NCBI GenBank assembly: GCA_963753975.1
Contig: CAVWEH010000004.1
Span: 160,001-224,000 of the forward strand
Direction: 5' to 3'
DNA from: an uncultured delta proteobacterium
GTDB taxonomy: Bacteria; Desulfobacterota; Syntrophia; Syntrophales; Smithellaceae
DNA length: 64,000 bases
Shown here: positions 48,464 to 59,145 of the stretch, piece by piece
Layout of the letters: every line of letters begins with the position of its first letter
How positions within the stretch are numbered: position 1 is the first letter of the stretch
Position numbers and translations under genes: made by a program
The notes under the pieces: generated by a model
Seen by the model: the letters and a program-made list of their open reading frames with translations, nothing else
Told to the model about the DNA's origin: nothing
Database searches by the model: none

Positions 48464-51049
48464 ATGAACATTAAGTACGATCCCCATCAGATTGAAGAAA
48501 AATGGCAGAAGAAGTGGGGCAAAGAAAAAACCTTTAAAGTCACGGAAGATGCACAGAAAGAAAAATATTATCTGCTGGAAATGTTCCCCTATCCTTCCGG
48601 TAAAATTCATATAGGGCACGTGCGTAATTATACCATCGGTGATGTCGTCGCCCGCTACAAACGCATGAAAGGTTATAATGTTTTACATCCGATGGGGTGG
48701 GATGCCTTCGGTCTGCCCGCGGAAAACGCTGCTATTGAACATAAAATTCACCCTTCCCAGTGGACAAATGACAATATCGCTCACATGAAGAAGCAGCTCA
48801 AAAGAATGGGCTTCAGCTACGACTGGGATAGGGAAATATCGACTTGCGAACCGCAGTATTATCGCTGGGAACAGTTATATTTTCTGTGGATGTATGAAAA
48901 AGGCCTGGCCTACAAGAAACGTTCCACTGTCAATTATTGCAGCAAGTGTGAAACAGTTCTGGCGAACGAGCAGGTCGAAGGCGGCTTATGCTGGCGCTGC
49001 GGCACGGAAGTAAATGAAAAAACATTGGATCAATGGTTTTTCCAGATTACCGCCTACATCGAGGAGCTCTTGGACTACTGTGATAAGCTTCCCGGCTGGC
49101 CGGAAAAAGTTCTTACCATGCAGAAAAACTGGATCGGAAAAAGTTACGGCTGCGAAGTGGATTTCCCGCTTATCGGTTCCAATAAAGTTATCAAAATATT
49201 CACCACGCGCCAGGACACTCTTTTCGGCGCAACCTTTATGCTCATTGCCGCGGAACTGCCGCTGGTTTCCGAATTATCCAAGGGTAAAGCCATCGAAAAA
49301 GACGTCCAGCAATTTGTGGAAAAAGTAAAAAAGCAAGACCGGCTGATGCGCACTTCCGAGTATTATGAAAAGGAAGGAATTTTTCTCGAGGCCTATTGCG
49401 AGAATCCTTTGACCGGAAAAAAGATGCCCATCTACGCCACTAATTTTGTATTAGCCGATTATGGCACCGGCTGTGTTATGGCCGTTCCCACTCACGATCA
49501 GCGCGACTTTGAATTCGCGAAGAAATTCAATCTGCCCCTGATTGTCGTTATTCAGCCGAAAGGCAAGAAACTTGACGCGGAAAAAATGACCGAAGCTTAC
49601 ACGGAAGAAGGAATTTTAGTCAATTCCGGCAAATTCAACGGCCTAGAAAATCTTAAAGCTTTAGAATCCATTGCCGATTATTTAGAGTCGATCGGCCGCG
49701 GCAAACGAATGATCCAGTACCGCCTGCGTGATTGGGGAATTTCGCGTCAGCGCTACTGGGGCGCGCCCATTCCCATGGTTAACTGTAAAAAATGCGGCAT
49801 CGTTCCGGTTCGCGAATCTGATTTGCCCATCGTGCTGCCGGGTGATGTTGTATTAAGTGGTGAAGGCGGATCACCGCTCGCGGCCCTAAAAGAGTTTGTT
49901 CAAACAACTTGCCCCCAATGCGGCGGTGCGGCCGAAAGAGAAACGGATACGATGGATACCTTTGTGGAATCCTCCTGGTATTTCGATCGCTTTTGCAGCC
50001 CAGATGCTGATAAGAAACCAGGCCTGGACCGCAAAAAACTGGATTACTGGATGCCGGTTGATCAGTACATCGGCGGCGTGGAACACGCCATCATGCATTT
50101 GCTCTACGCCCGTTTTTATACTAAGATGCTGCGCGATTTTGGTGTTATCGGTGTGGACGAACCTTTCTTAAACTTACTCACTCAGGGAATGGTTTGCAAA
50201 GAAACGACGAAGTGCCCGGAGCATGGATACCTTTTCCCCGAGCAGGCGGCGGAAGGAAAATGCCACATCTGCCAAAAAGAAGTAATTATCGGCAAGACGG
50301 AAAAGATGTCCAAATCGCTGAAGAATGTTATCGATCCGGACTATCTTATCGAAACTTACGGCGCCGATACCGCCCGCATTTTTTGCCTTTTTGCAGCTCC
50401 TCCGGAAAAGGATTTGGAATGGAGCGATCAGGGAGTGGAAGGGTCATTCCGTTTCTTGAACCGCCTGTGGCGCATATTTGCTGAATATTTAGACGATATC
50501 AAGAAGGTAAAGCCGCTTTTCGGAAACCATGATTTAGAAGGTGAACTGAAGAATCTGCGGCGCAAAACTCATCAAACCATCCACAAAGTAACCATTGACA
50601 TCGAAGACCGTTTCCATTTCAATACAGCTATCAGCGCGGTTATGGAATTGGTTAATGCCATCTATCAGATAAAACGTCCCGGCAAAGATGATAAAATTGC
50701 CCTGGCTGTCGTCCGGGAAGCACTGGAATCAGCCGTCATCCTGCTTGCTCCAATTGTACCGCACATCGCCGAAGAACTCTGGCAAAAGCTCGGCTATAAA
50801 AGAGATGTTTCCAATGTTTCGTGGCCGGAATATGATAAGACCATCGCGAGCGAAGAAGAAATAACGGTTGTCATTCAGATTAACGGCAAACTGCGCAGCC
50901 GGATGACCGTGCCTGTCGATCACGATGCGGAAAAAATAAAGGCGGCCGCACTAGCGGATGAAAAAATCAAGGACATGATTAAAGAAGCAAAAGTCTTGAA
51001 AGTTATTTACGTAACTAATAAACTGGTCAATATTGTAATTGCCCAATAA
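48464..51049 (+). CDS. leuS: leucine--tRNA ligase
   Basis: [29 protein letters not shown]. Confidence 0.98.
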   Translation: MNIKYDPHQIEEKWQKKWGKEKTFKVTEDAQKEKYYLLEMFPYPSGKIHIGHVRNYTIGDVVARYKRMKGYNVLHPMGWDAFGLPAENAAIEHKIHPSQWTNDNIAHMKKQLKRMGFSYDWDREISTCEPQYYRWEQLYFLWMYEKGLAYKKRSTVNYCSKCETVLANEQVEGGLCWRCGTEVNEKTLDQWFFQITAYIEELLDYCDKLPGWPEKVLTMQKNWIGKSYGCEVDFPLIGSNKVIKIFTTRQDTLFGATFMLIAAELPLVSELSKGKAIEKDVQQFVEKVKKQDRLMRTSEYYEKEGIFLEAYCENPLTGKKMPIYATNFVLADYGTGCVMAVPTHDQRDFEFAKKFNLPLIVVIQPKGKKLDAEKMTEAYTEEGILVNSGKFNGLENLKALESIADYLESIGRGKRMIQYRLRDWGISRQRYWGAPIPMVNCKKCGIVPVRESDLPIVLPGDVVLSGEGGSPLAALKEFVQTTCPQCGGAAERETDTMDTFVESSWYFDRFCSPDADKKPGLDRKKLDYWMPVDQYIGGVEHAIMHLLYARFYTKMLRDFGVIGVDEPFLNLLTQGMVCKETTKCPEHGYLFPEQAAEGKCHICQKEVIIGKTEKMSKSLKNVIDPDYLIETYGADTARIFCLFAAPPEKDLEWSDQGVEGSFRFLNRLWRIFAEYLDDIKKVKPLFGNHDLEGELKNLRRKTHQTIHKVTIDIEDRFHFNTAISAVMELVNAIYQIKRPGKDDKIALAVVREALESAVILLAPIVPHIAEELWQKLGYKRDVSNVSWPEYDKTIASEEEITVVIQINGKLRSRMTVPVDHDAEKIKAAALADEKIKDMIKEAKVLKVIYVTNKLVNIVIAQ

Positions 51050-51091
51050 CGGCAATTAACTACTTTGACTTCCACTAATAAAGGTGTTCTC

Positions 51092-51766
51092 ATGAAAAAA
51101 CAAAACTGGCTTCTATTTATTGTGAAACTCAAATTTCAAAAACGAAGTGCATTGAAATTTGTCAGTCGAACAATCCCGCCGCAAGCGGAGGATATGATAC
51201 CACGCCTTTTAGGACGGAATTCGGGCATCGGGCTTGCCCCAGGATTCATATCCGTGATTAAAATCGGATTAATTTGTCTTTTTATTTTTTCCTTGCTCAA
51301 CTGCGGCTATTCTTTCGCTCCGCACGGCGAATACATCAACAAGCGCATCCAGAAAGTTTATGTCGAATCCTTCGGCAATAAAACAGCGCAGGCTGAAATT
51401 GAAAATTACGTCCGGACAGCCTTCATCAATCAGTTTATTCAATTCAGCCGTTTGAAAGTCGTGGAAAGCGCGGAATCGGCTGACGCGATAATTAAGGGAA
51501 CCATCCTTAATCTCAATACTACCCCTCTTTCTTATCGCGCCAATACTCTGGTGGCGGAAGAGCGGGCAACAATGACTTTAGAACTGACTTTCCAGGAAAA
51601 AGAAAGCGGTAAAACCATCTGGAACTCGAAAAGCATATCCCAAACGGTTGACTACACCCTGGAAGACAATATTAACCTGCTTCCCGCGGATAGAAAAAAC
51701 GCTTTTATAAAACTTTCCAATGATCTGGCGGAAAGAGCATTTAACCTGATGATGGCGGGATTTTAG
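51092..51766 (+). CDS. lptE: LPS assembly lipoprotein LptE, with a repeat-derived insert in the N-terminus
   Basis: LLNCGY lipobox, position directly after leuS; ATG 51092 behind AAGGTG; alternative GTG start at 51254. Confidence 0.8.
   Translation: MKKQNWLLFIVKLKFQKRSALKFVSRTIPPQAEDMIPRLLGRNSGIGLAPGFISVIKIGLICLFIFSLLNCGYSFAPHGEYINKRIQKVYVESFGNKTAQAEIENYVRTAFINQFIQFSRLKVVESAESADAIIKGTILNLNTTPLSYRANTLVAEERATMTLELTFQEKESGKTIWNSKSISQTVDYTLEDNINLLPADRKNAFIKLSNDLAERAFNLMMAGF
51122..51257 (+). repeat. family C palindromic repeat inserted in-frame in lptE
   Basis: Similar to 39841-39940; bounded by GTGA direct repeats 132 bp apart. Confidence 0.7.
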
Positions 51767-51790
51767 CAAAATTCAGTTCAAGTAAGCATT

Positions 51791-54181
51791 ATGCATTCAA
51801 CCGTAAAATTTAGCCGCTTTCTTTTTTTGGCCGTCAATAACGAAAAAGAGGCGATTAGCGTTTGGCCTGCGCCACTTACTGCGGCAAAAGAAATTCGCCA
51901 TCTTTCTCCCTTCTTGAAAAAATTATCTGCACGCTTTTTATTTGTGGTTGATTCCCAAAAAGAAATCAAATTAAGCGCAAATTCCATTAACCATCTGCTC
52001 ACTGCCGCTGAAGAGAAACGCGCCGGCATTATTTATTCAGACTTTATTGAGAAAAAGGGAAATAATCTCGTTCCTCATCCGCTTATAGATTATCAACCGG
52101 GCAGTATCCGTGACAATTTTAATTTCGGCCATCTTTTTCTTTTTTCCGGCAATGCCATAACAGCCGCCTTGCAAAAATATGGCACTCTGCCATCCGCTGC
52201 CAATATCGCGCTATACGATTTGCGCCTGAAAGTTTCCATTGATTATCCCATCTTTCATGTTCCCGAATCTCTTTATACGGTTATCGATAAAAAGGTAAAA
52301 TCACCTAAGGGTAAAAGCGATAGAGTGGAAAACCATTTCGCTTATGCTACAGCTAAAAATATCATTCAACAAAAAAAACTGGAAAAGGCAGCCACGAATT
52401 ATCTAAAACTGACCGGAGCTTATTTAGAGGCACGCACCCAAAAAGCTCCCCGCACAAATGATTCCTTTCCCGTGGAAGCAAGCATTATCATCCCGGTGCT
52501 TAACCGCAAAAGAACGATCAAAGAATCAATTCAGAGCGCACTTGCACAAAAAACAAATTTCGCTTTTAATATCATTGTCGTGGATAATCATTCCACAGAT
52601 GGTACTACCGGCATAATTGAAAAGTTAACGGAAAAGGATAAAAAGATTAAACATATTATCCCTGATCGTCACGATTTAGGCATCGGCGGCTGCTGGAATG
52701 AAGCTATTTATTCCTCGCACTGCGGCCGCTACGCTATCCAGCTTGATTCCGACGATCTTTGCAGTTCAGCGCGAACGCTGCAAAAAATAGTTGATGCCTT
52801 ACACAAAGGAAATTACGCGTTGGTAGTCGGTGCTTATACCACAGTTGATCAACACCTGAAAAAAATCCCGCCGGGACTCATCGACCACAAAGAATGGACA
52901 AAAACCAACGGCCACAATAACCTTCTGCGTGTCAACGGATTAGGCGCCCCTCGCGCCTTCGATACTACCGTCATACGCAACATCGGCTTCCCCAATGTCA
53001 GCTATGGTGAAGATTACGCCGTTGCCCTGCGAATATCCCGCGAATACCAAATCGGACGAATTTATAAAAGCATTTATCTTTGCCGACGCTGGCGGAAAAA
53101 CACTGATGCCGCTCTCTCCATCGAAAAACAAAACCGTAATGATTTTTATAAAGACGAGCTGCGGACAATGGAAATAAAAGCACGACAGATACTAAATAAA
53201 AATAAAAAAGAATTGGCAGATAGAACTTTTGCTAAATATCCCCGGGGAAAACAAAATTCTCTGACCGCCCTATGCCTCAATCTTTTAGAGGAACAAAAGA
53301 AAAGCTGGCCTGGGTTTGCTCATTCTCATCAAGAGTTAGTCAATATTCGCACGCGTTCAATTTCCTGCGGCAGCTACATTGTTGATTTGCAATTCAATCC
53401 TCAGCGCGCTCGCAGTAGTGGCGCTGCCATTGATCGGAAATCAATCGAAAACAGGCCCTGCTTTTTGTGCACCGATAATCTTCCGACACAACAGCGGGGA
53501 ATACTATACAGGAAAAATTATCTCATCCTTTGCAATCCGGCGCCTATTTTCGATAAACACTTTACTGTCGCTTTTTTGCGGCACCGACCGCAAACAATCG
53601 CCGCTTCTTTAATTTGGCTCATGAGTTTAGCTAAAGATTTAACTCCCGAGTATGCTGTTTTTTATAACGGACCAGCCTGCGGAGCTTCGGCTCCCGATCA
53701 TTTGCACTTGCAGGCCATCCCTAAAAAAGCACTGCCTTTTATAGAAGCATTCGAGACAAAATCTCCGATTAAAGAAATATCCGGCGTAAATTTTTACACC
53801 GGAGAAAAACTCGACCGTTCAGTAGTTATTATGAGCGGAAAAGACAAGAAATCCGTGCAGGAACAATTCCACCGTTTGATCAAAGCCACACAAAAAATCA
53901 CTCTCGCGAACAGGGAACCGATGATTAATGTTGTTTGCACCTATGAAACCAACACCTGGCGTTTGATAATATTTCTGCGGCAAAAACACCGTCCGGACGC
54001 CTTCTTTCTTGAAGGCGAAAAAAGAATTTTTGTCTCCTTAGGTGCAATCGATATGGCGGGGGTAATCATCACACCTCTACTTCACGATTTCCATCGTCTG
54101 GACGCCTCCCAGATCAGCAGTATCTACCGGGAAGTGTCACTGGCAGAAGATGTAACCAATAAAATAATCCGGGAATTGTAA
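51791..54181 (+). CDS. GT2 glycosyltransferase fused to DUF4922 (HIT/GalT-like) domain
   Basis: [31 protein letters not shown]-terminal [22 protein letters not shown]. Confidence 0.85.
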   Translation: MHSTVKFSRFLFLAVNNEKEAISVWPAPLTAAKEIRHLSPFLKKLSARFLFVVDSQKEIKLSANSINHLLTAAEEKRAGIIYSDFIEKKGNNLVPHPLIDYQPGSIRDNFNFGHLFLFSGNAITAALQKYGTLPSAANIALYDLRLKVSIDYPIFHVPESLYTVIDKKVKSPKGKSDRVENHFAYATAKNIIQQKKLEKAATNYLKLTGAYLEARTQKAPRTNDSFPVEASIIIPVLNRKRTIKESIQSALAQKTNFAFNIIVVDNHSTDGTTGIIEKLTEKDKKIKHIIPDRHDLGIGGCWNEAIYSSHCGRYAIQLDSDDLCSSARTLQKIVDALHKGNYALVVGAYTTVDQHLKKIPPGLIDHKEWTKTNGHNNLLRVNGLGAPRAFDTTVIRNIGFPNVSYGEDYAVALRISREYQIGRIYKSIYLCRRWRKNTDAALSIEKQNRNDFYKDELRTMEIKARQILNKNKKELADRTFAKYPRGKQNSLTALCLNLLEEQKKSWPGFAHSHQELVNIRTRSISCGSYIVDLQFNPQRARSSGAAIDRKSIENRPCFLCTDNLPTQQRGILYRKNYLILCNPAPIFDKHFTVAFLRHRPQTIAASLIWLMSLAKDLTPEYAVFYNGPACGASAPDHLHLQAIPKKALPFIEAFETKSPIKEISGVNFYTGEKLDRSVVIMSGKDKKSVQEQFHRLIKATQKITLANREPMINVVCTYETNTWRLIIFLRQKHRPDAFFLEGEKRIFVSLGAIDMAGVIITPLLHDFHRLDASQISSIYREVSLAEDVTNKIIREL

Positions 54182-54194
54182 CGAATAATTAATT

Positions 54195-54749
54195 ATGAAC
54201 GGCAGCGATAATACAATTGTGGATAGCGACTTTAGTTTTTCCGATGCTATTGCAGGAACAAACGCACCCCTGAAAATAGTCGACGACTTATCACTGGTAG
54301 ATGTCTGCTACTATTCTTTTGACGGCAGGCGTCATCTGGGACAGATTATCATCAACAAGGAATTGGAGGATGATGTCTGCGAAATTTTCTTTTTAATCGA
54401 AAAAATAAAGTTTCCCGTAGGCTCTGTTATTCCCATTGCCGCCTATAGCTGGCAAGACAATGAATCTATGGCCGACAATAACACCTCCAGCTTTAATTTT
54501 CGCATAATCGAAGGAACGACAAAATTATCACTCCACTCCTTCGGACGCGCCTTAGATATCAATCCGGTGCAAAATCCCGTAATTTATCCTCACGGCCTTA
54601 TAGCTCCTGCGGGCGCAGTTTACGATCCCCAACGGAAGGGAACTTTTGCGCTGACAAATCCTATCGTCCAGAAATTTTTAAAACGCGGCTGGCACTGGGG
54701 CGGCAATTTCGATCAGCCGAAAGACTATCACCATTTTGAAAAGCCCTGA
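54195..54749 (+). CDS. M15-family D,D/L,D-peptidase
   Basis: SLHSFGRALDINP, WHWGG, DYHHFE. Confidence 0.88.
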   Translation: MNGSDNTIVDSDFSFSDAIAGTNAPLKIVDDLSLVDVCYYSFDGRRHLGQIIINKELEDDVCEIFFLIEKIKFPVGSVIPIAAYSWQDNESMADNNTSSFNFRIIEGTTKLSLHSFGRALDINPVQNPVIYPHGLIAPAGAVYDPQRKGTFALTNPIVQKFLKRGWHWGGNFDQPKDYHHFEKP

Positions 54750-54751
54750 TA

Positions 54752-54870
54752 CCAATTCCAAATCAAAGCGCTATCTGTGTTGGCAGCGTCGTCGGCTTCC
54801 TCAACGTATGTACAATACGCTTCGTCGCCTCCTCCTTGCCGCCTTGATATCATCTTAGATTTGAAATCGG
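54752..54870 (-). repeat. palindromic intergenic repeat, family A copy 3
   Basis: Minus strand GGCGGCAAGGAGGAGGCG..GCGTATTGTACATACGTTGAGGAAGCCGACGACGCTGCCAACA; overlaps the DUF1460 stop. Confidence 0.85.
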
Positions 54871-55629
54871 CCGAGCGACAATAATGCCGGTAAATTTTTT
54901 ATTTTGTTTTAAATAAGTGGCAAGAGTTTTTTTCGATATTACTACACCGCCTTCCTTGCTGGAGGCATGTAAAAGATGCAAATTTTTCCCTTGCCAGAGG
55001 GCAAAGCCAACATGAGCGATATCCAATCCTTCTTTTTCAGTTACAAAGGCAATGATGTCACCATTTTTAATTTTTTCTTTCCGTCGGCTTATTTCCATTC
55101 CAATCACACAGAAAATTCTGCGGGAAATATTTTTCTCCAGAATCAACATTTTATTAAATTCATTTTCGCTTTTTAATGCCGGATAAGACTCACGGTGAGT
55201 CGTCATATAATTTATTTTTTTACGCTTAGGTTTACCGCCCAAACCCTTCGAGATGTCTGCGACAATTCTTTTCTTTTCGTTGTCCCATAGCCAATCGGTG
55301 AAGTAATGCAGACGAGAGGAATAACCGGCAATAACACCATGCCTGTACCTAATAGACTTTAATTTGCGCCGAAATTCCCGTGGTAAAATTTTTCCTACGG
55401 CGAAGCAATGAGAGAGCGCCAGGACGGTTTCCAAAAAAGTAAAACAATCAAATTGAGTGAAGTTGACGATTAGCTTTTCTTTGCCTCTTGTCTCCAAGGT
55501 TCCCACTTTGTAAGAAGCATCTAGAAACTCCCGGCCAATTTCTATTAGCAAATCGCCAAAGGACAAATCTTTCCCTTCCAGCCGCCGTTTAAGGCTATTA
55601 AAATTAAATTGCTTCATTAAAATATTCAT
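54850..55629 (-). CDS. DUF1460 N-acetylmuramoyl-L-alanine amidase-like protein
   Basis: FDCFTFLETVLA, RLHYFTDW, GLDIAHVG, LLHASS. Confidence 0.85.
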   Translation of the reverse strand: MNILMKQFNFNSLKRRLEGKDLSFGDLLIEIGREFLDASYKVGTLETRGKEKLIVNFTQFDCFTFLETVLALSHCFAVGKILPREFRRKLKSIRYRHGVIAGYSSRLHYFTDWLWDNEKKRIVADISKGLGGKPKRKKINYMTTHRESYPALKSENEFNKMLILEKNISRRIFCVIGMEISRRKEKIKNGDIIAFVTEKEGLDIAHVGFALWQGKNLHLLHASSKEGGVVISKKTLATYLKQNKKFTGIIVARPISNLR

Positions 55630-55748
55630 AAGCGTCTTTGTAAATTATTCTTCGCCACAAAGCAAATCGAAAAATATACCCCAAATATTGACAATATTTT
55701 AAAAAATGCCATAGTGAGACTATGCATTTAAAACAAGGAGAATAAACT

Positions 55749-56606
55749 ATGGCACTTGTCCAAGCAGGAAATATCAAACTGAATTATGTCGAACACGGCA
55801 CAGGAAATAATATTGTTGTTTTCATTCACGGCTATTTGGGCTGCGTCCAGTGGATGGATTTAATCTGGCCTAGGCTACCCGAGGATATTCATGTATTTGC
55901 AATAGATTGGCGCGGGTGCGGTGAATCCGAAAAACCGATTCCAACAAGGAATTTTGAAAATTACTCACTCCGGCAGCACGCGGAAGATATGATTGCCGCC
56001 ATCAAGGCGCTGGGCGTTAGAAAATGCTCGCTCGCCACGCACTCCACAGGCGGCATTATCAGTGTTTATATGCTGCTTGATGAGCCGGATATGTTTGATA
56101 AGGTATTAGCCCTTGATCCGGTAAGCCCCACGGGATTACTTGTTCCGGAAAATTATCGCCTTGCTTTTCAAACCATAAAAGAAAACAGAAATTATGCTTT
56201 CAAATTTCTCACTTTCGCCGCTCCGACACTTTTCGTCAAAGAATCGTTAAGAACAGGCGTGAAAAGTCAATTTAAACCCCAAACATCGGCTGAGCAAAAG
56301 GACCTTTTTAACATGATTGTGGACAAGGCAAGAATTTTGAGCGACGGCGCCGGAGTTGGCACCCTGTATCATCTGCGTGATGAACGCGCGACCGGCACAT
56401 TAGCCAAGAAAACTCACCGCATCAAACAACCAATTCTGGTTTTATGGGGCGAAGAGGATGTGGTTATCCCACGTCAGGATACAGACGAAACCGTCAAGCT
56501 CTTGCCCAACTGCAAGCTCATGACAATTAAAGACATAGGCCACTCTTTAACTCTTGAAAATCCTGATTTATACGCAAAGTATTTTACAGATTATTTTAAA
56601 GAATAA
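55749..56606 (+). CDS. alpha/beta hydrolase
   Basis: FIHGY, DWRGCGES, HSTGG, WGEED, GHS. Confidence 0.88.
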   Translation: MALVQAGNIKLNYVEHGTGNNIVVFIHGYLGCVQWMDLIWPRLPEDIHVFAIDWRGCGESEKPIPTRNFENYSLRQHAEDMIAAIKALGVRKCSLATHSTGGIISVYMLLDEPDMFDKVLALDPVSPTGLLVPENYRLAFQTIKENRNYAFKFLTFAAPTLFVKESLRTGVKSQFKPQTSAEQKDLFNMIVDKARILSDGAGVGTLYHLRDERATGTLAKKTHRIKQPILVLWGEEDVVIPRQDTDETVKLLPNCKLMTIKDIGHSLTLENPDLYAKYFTDYFKE

Positions 56607-56654
56607 ATAAAAGCGGCGCGTCTTTCACGGACAAGCCGCGGTCGGATTATGTGC

Positions 56655-56688
56655 TTTATCCCGATAGCCGTGGATACGGGATAAATTC
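56655..56688 (-). repeat. family C hairpin repeat
   Basis: Minus strand GAATTTATCCCGTATCCACGGCTATCGGGATAAA. Confidence 0.55.
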
Positions 56689-56716
56689 CACTTTCGCTTC
56701 CTATAGTCAGCGAGTG

Positions 56717-56980
56717 TCATTTAAGTGCGTTTACTTTCTTGGTGAGGCGGGAAATTTTGCGGGAAGCATTTTTCTTGTGAATTACGCCTTTAACCGCCGC
56801 TTTATTCAGCGCGGGAATAACGGTTATGAGCGCGCTTACGGAATCTTTTTTCTTTTTACCTTCCACAGCCGTAATTACTGCTTTAACCTTGGTCTTGAGC
56901 GCAGACTTAACGGCGATATTGCGCTCGCGGTGTTTTTTACTCTGACGATCGCGTTTTTCTGCTGATTTATGTGTTGCCAA
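56717..56980 (-). CDS. rpsT: 30S ribosomal protein S20
   Basis: HKSAEKRDRQ, KGVIHKKNASRKISRL; AGGAGG RBS. Confidence 0.97.
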   Translation of the reverse strand: MATHKSAEKRDRQSKKHRERNIAVKSALKTKVKAVITAVEGKKKKDSVSALITVIPALNKAAVKGVIHKKNASRKISRLTKKVNALK

Positions 56981-57069
56981 AAGTATCCTCCTAAACTTAA
57001 TTTTCTATTAAGGTAACGTTGTTTAGCCCAATTATTTCAGGCTGTCAAGTGCAAACTCTGCGGCCTACC

Positions 57070-59145
57070 TTAAAATTCTTTGTTCACCCTTCTGTTTTTA
57101 AGTTCCGCCAATTTTCCTTTGTTCCAGCCGGAAATTTTGCTGAAATATTTGGTAAGCCGCGCGATGCCTTCGACCTCGTTCGAACCGCAGTAAATGCATG
57201 CTTCATTCAAGCCGGAAGCCGTTTTACCGCAGGAAAGGCAGAAAGTAAATTCAGGAGAAAAATCAATCTGACGATTGGCAGAATTATCAAACACTTCTCG
57301 AATGAACTTACTTAATTCTTTCTTGCCCGGATTTGAGCCACCTAGCTGTAAATGCGTGATATGCTCGCCTTCCAAATATTTATGAAAAAGACCCTCTTGA
57401 ATGACCCTTTGCAGAGGCGGCACATTGGCGGCAACATTCAAGTGCGTCGAGTTTGTATAATAAATCGCGCCTTCGGCAATATCGCCTTTCACATAGCGTC
57501 CCGCCGCCGGAGAAAAATATTTTAAATCGAGTCTCGCAAACCGGTAAGCAGTGGTTTCCGCCGGTGACTGCTCCAACACAAATTTTATTCCGAATTTTTC
57601 ACTCAGAAAATCGGCCTCACGCCTCAGGTAGCCTACCACTTTCAAACCAAATTCCAGAGCTTCCCGTGATTCGTGCAGCTGACTCCCCGTATGGATTTGC
57701 ACAAGTTCATTTATTCCGACGAGGCCGATAATGTAATAAGCCCGGGACATTCTTAAAAACGGAAACCCATCATGGTTCATGGCCAGCACGGCCAAAGGAC
57801 CTTTATCGGCGTAAGAAAGAAGTTTCTCCAGAAAATCTTTTTTCTGGATGTGCGCCTTTACTGCTGTTGCCGTAAATTCAGTAAGGAAGGCAAATAATCT
57901 TTCTTTGTCGCCGGCGGCTTTATAGGCGAGCCGCGGCAAATTCAAAGTCACGCTTTGAATGGCGGCAGAGCGCATGAGCCACGGTTTCTTCATTTCTTCC
58001 TTGTAATCGCCATCACCTCTATAACCGGCCTTACAGCAGGCGAAAGATAACGCATTTTCAGCTCTATCGAAAATAAAGCAAGTATTGCCTTTGAGGCCGG
58101 CCACTTCACAGGCCTGTTCGAGATAATGCTCAGCACCTTTAGTTTTCCAAAAAGCTTCAGTTATATGCAGGAGCGGCCGGGGCAGGATGAACGGCTTTCC
58201 TGTGGCATCACCTTTTTTAAATACTTCCAATATGGCCAAAGCCAGGCGTTGAGCATCTCCTACGTATTCACCATAAGTTTTACCGGTAGGTTTTCCTTCC
58301 GGCCCGATGGCAGGGAGCTTCGCCCAATGCGGTGGTATTTCGTAATAGATGTGCATATCGGTATATAAAGCCTGCCCGCCGCGCGTGGCGGAAAGCTGGG
58401 AGAATTCATAAATAAGCATTTGTGCAAACTGTTTCACATCTTTCTCGGACATAGCGCCCAGATAAGGCGCGAAAGAAATGTTGAGCCCATCCCAGCCGAT
58501 TGTACCGGTAAAATGTCCTTGCAGAATGGCGCTAAAACGCACCATGTGCAACAAAAGCACCTCGGCATATTTTGCGGGCCTGGCAGAGTTCACTGCCTGA
58601 GGCAAATTCAAGCCGTTAATTTTAAGATATTCCAAAGATTGACAGCAGTTGTAAGGACGGTCAACGTACCCCAGAGAGTGAATGTGAATGTCACCCGCGG
58701 CATGCGCGTCCCCGATGTCGGCGGAAAAAACATCATAAAGGGAAAATTCTCTTTTAATTCCTTCGGCAAAAATCAGGTTTGTGCCTTCCGGAGAATGAGG
58801 AGTGTTGGCGCTTTCCTTATTCTGGTGTAAAATCAATTGCCGGACGTCATAAAGAGGAAATCCTAAACGGCCGTGCAGTCTCCGTTCTTTCTCCAGCCCC
58901 CTTTCAATGAGCCGGGCATTAACCATCTCGCGGATAAGAGCTGTCGTAAGCACGCCGATCCCGGAAGAAACAATCTGTCTTTCCACTTCTTTCGATATTT
59001 CTGCCGCGAGACCATAATCTATATTGGCTTCGCGCACCAACGCATCGACAATGCGCTGGCGGTTCCAGGGAGCTATTTCCTCTCCGGAAGTGCGGACAAA
59101 AAGAGTTATATCTGTGGTTTCGGAATTTTCCAGCATATCAAACAT
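57070..59145 (-). CDS. nrdD: class III ribonucleotide reductase-like protein (ATP cone) lacking the glycyl-radical Gly
   Basis: ATP cone, GDIHIH, RGGQ, TLNLPR, PAETTAYRFA, YYTNS, CxxC..CxxC, WNKGK; but RLTKYF in place of RxxGY. Confidence 0.88.
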   Translation of the reverse strand: MFDMLENSETTDITLFVRTSGEEIAPWNRQRIVDALVREANIDYGLAAEISKEVERQIVSSGIGVLTTALIREMVNARLIERGLEKERRLHGRLGFPLYDVRQLILHQNKESANTPHSPEGTNLIFAEGIKREFSLYDVFSADIGDAHAAGDIHIHSLGYVDRPYNCCQSLEYLKINGLNLPQAVNSARPAKYAEVLLLHMVRFSAILQGHFTGTIGWDGLNISFAPYLGAMSEKDVKQFAQMLIYEFSQLSATRGGQALYTDMHIYYEIPPHWAKLPAIGPEGKPTGKTYGEYVGDAQRLALAILEVFKKGDATGKPFILPRPLLHITEAFWKTKGAEHYLEQACEVAGLKGNTCFIFDRAENALSFACCKAGYRGDGDYKEEMKKPWLMRSAAIQSVTLNLPRLAYKAAGDKERLFAFLTEFTATAVKAHIQKKDFLEKLLSYADKGPLAVLAMNHDGFPFLRMSRAYYIIGLVGINELVQIHTGSQLHESREALEFGLKVVGYLRREADFLSEKFGIKFVLEQSPAETTAYRFARLDLKYFSPAAGRYVKGDIAEGAIYYTNSTHLNVAANVPPLQRVIQEGLFHKYLEGEHITHLQLGGSNPGKKELSKFIREVFDNSANRQIDFSPEFTFCLSCGKTASGLNEACIYCGSNEVEGIARLTKYFSKISGWNKGKLAELKNRRVNKEF

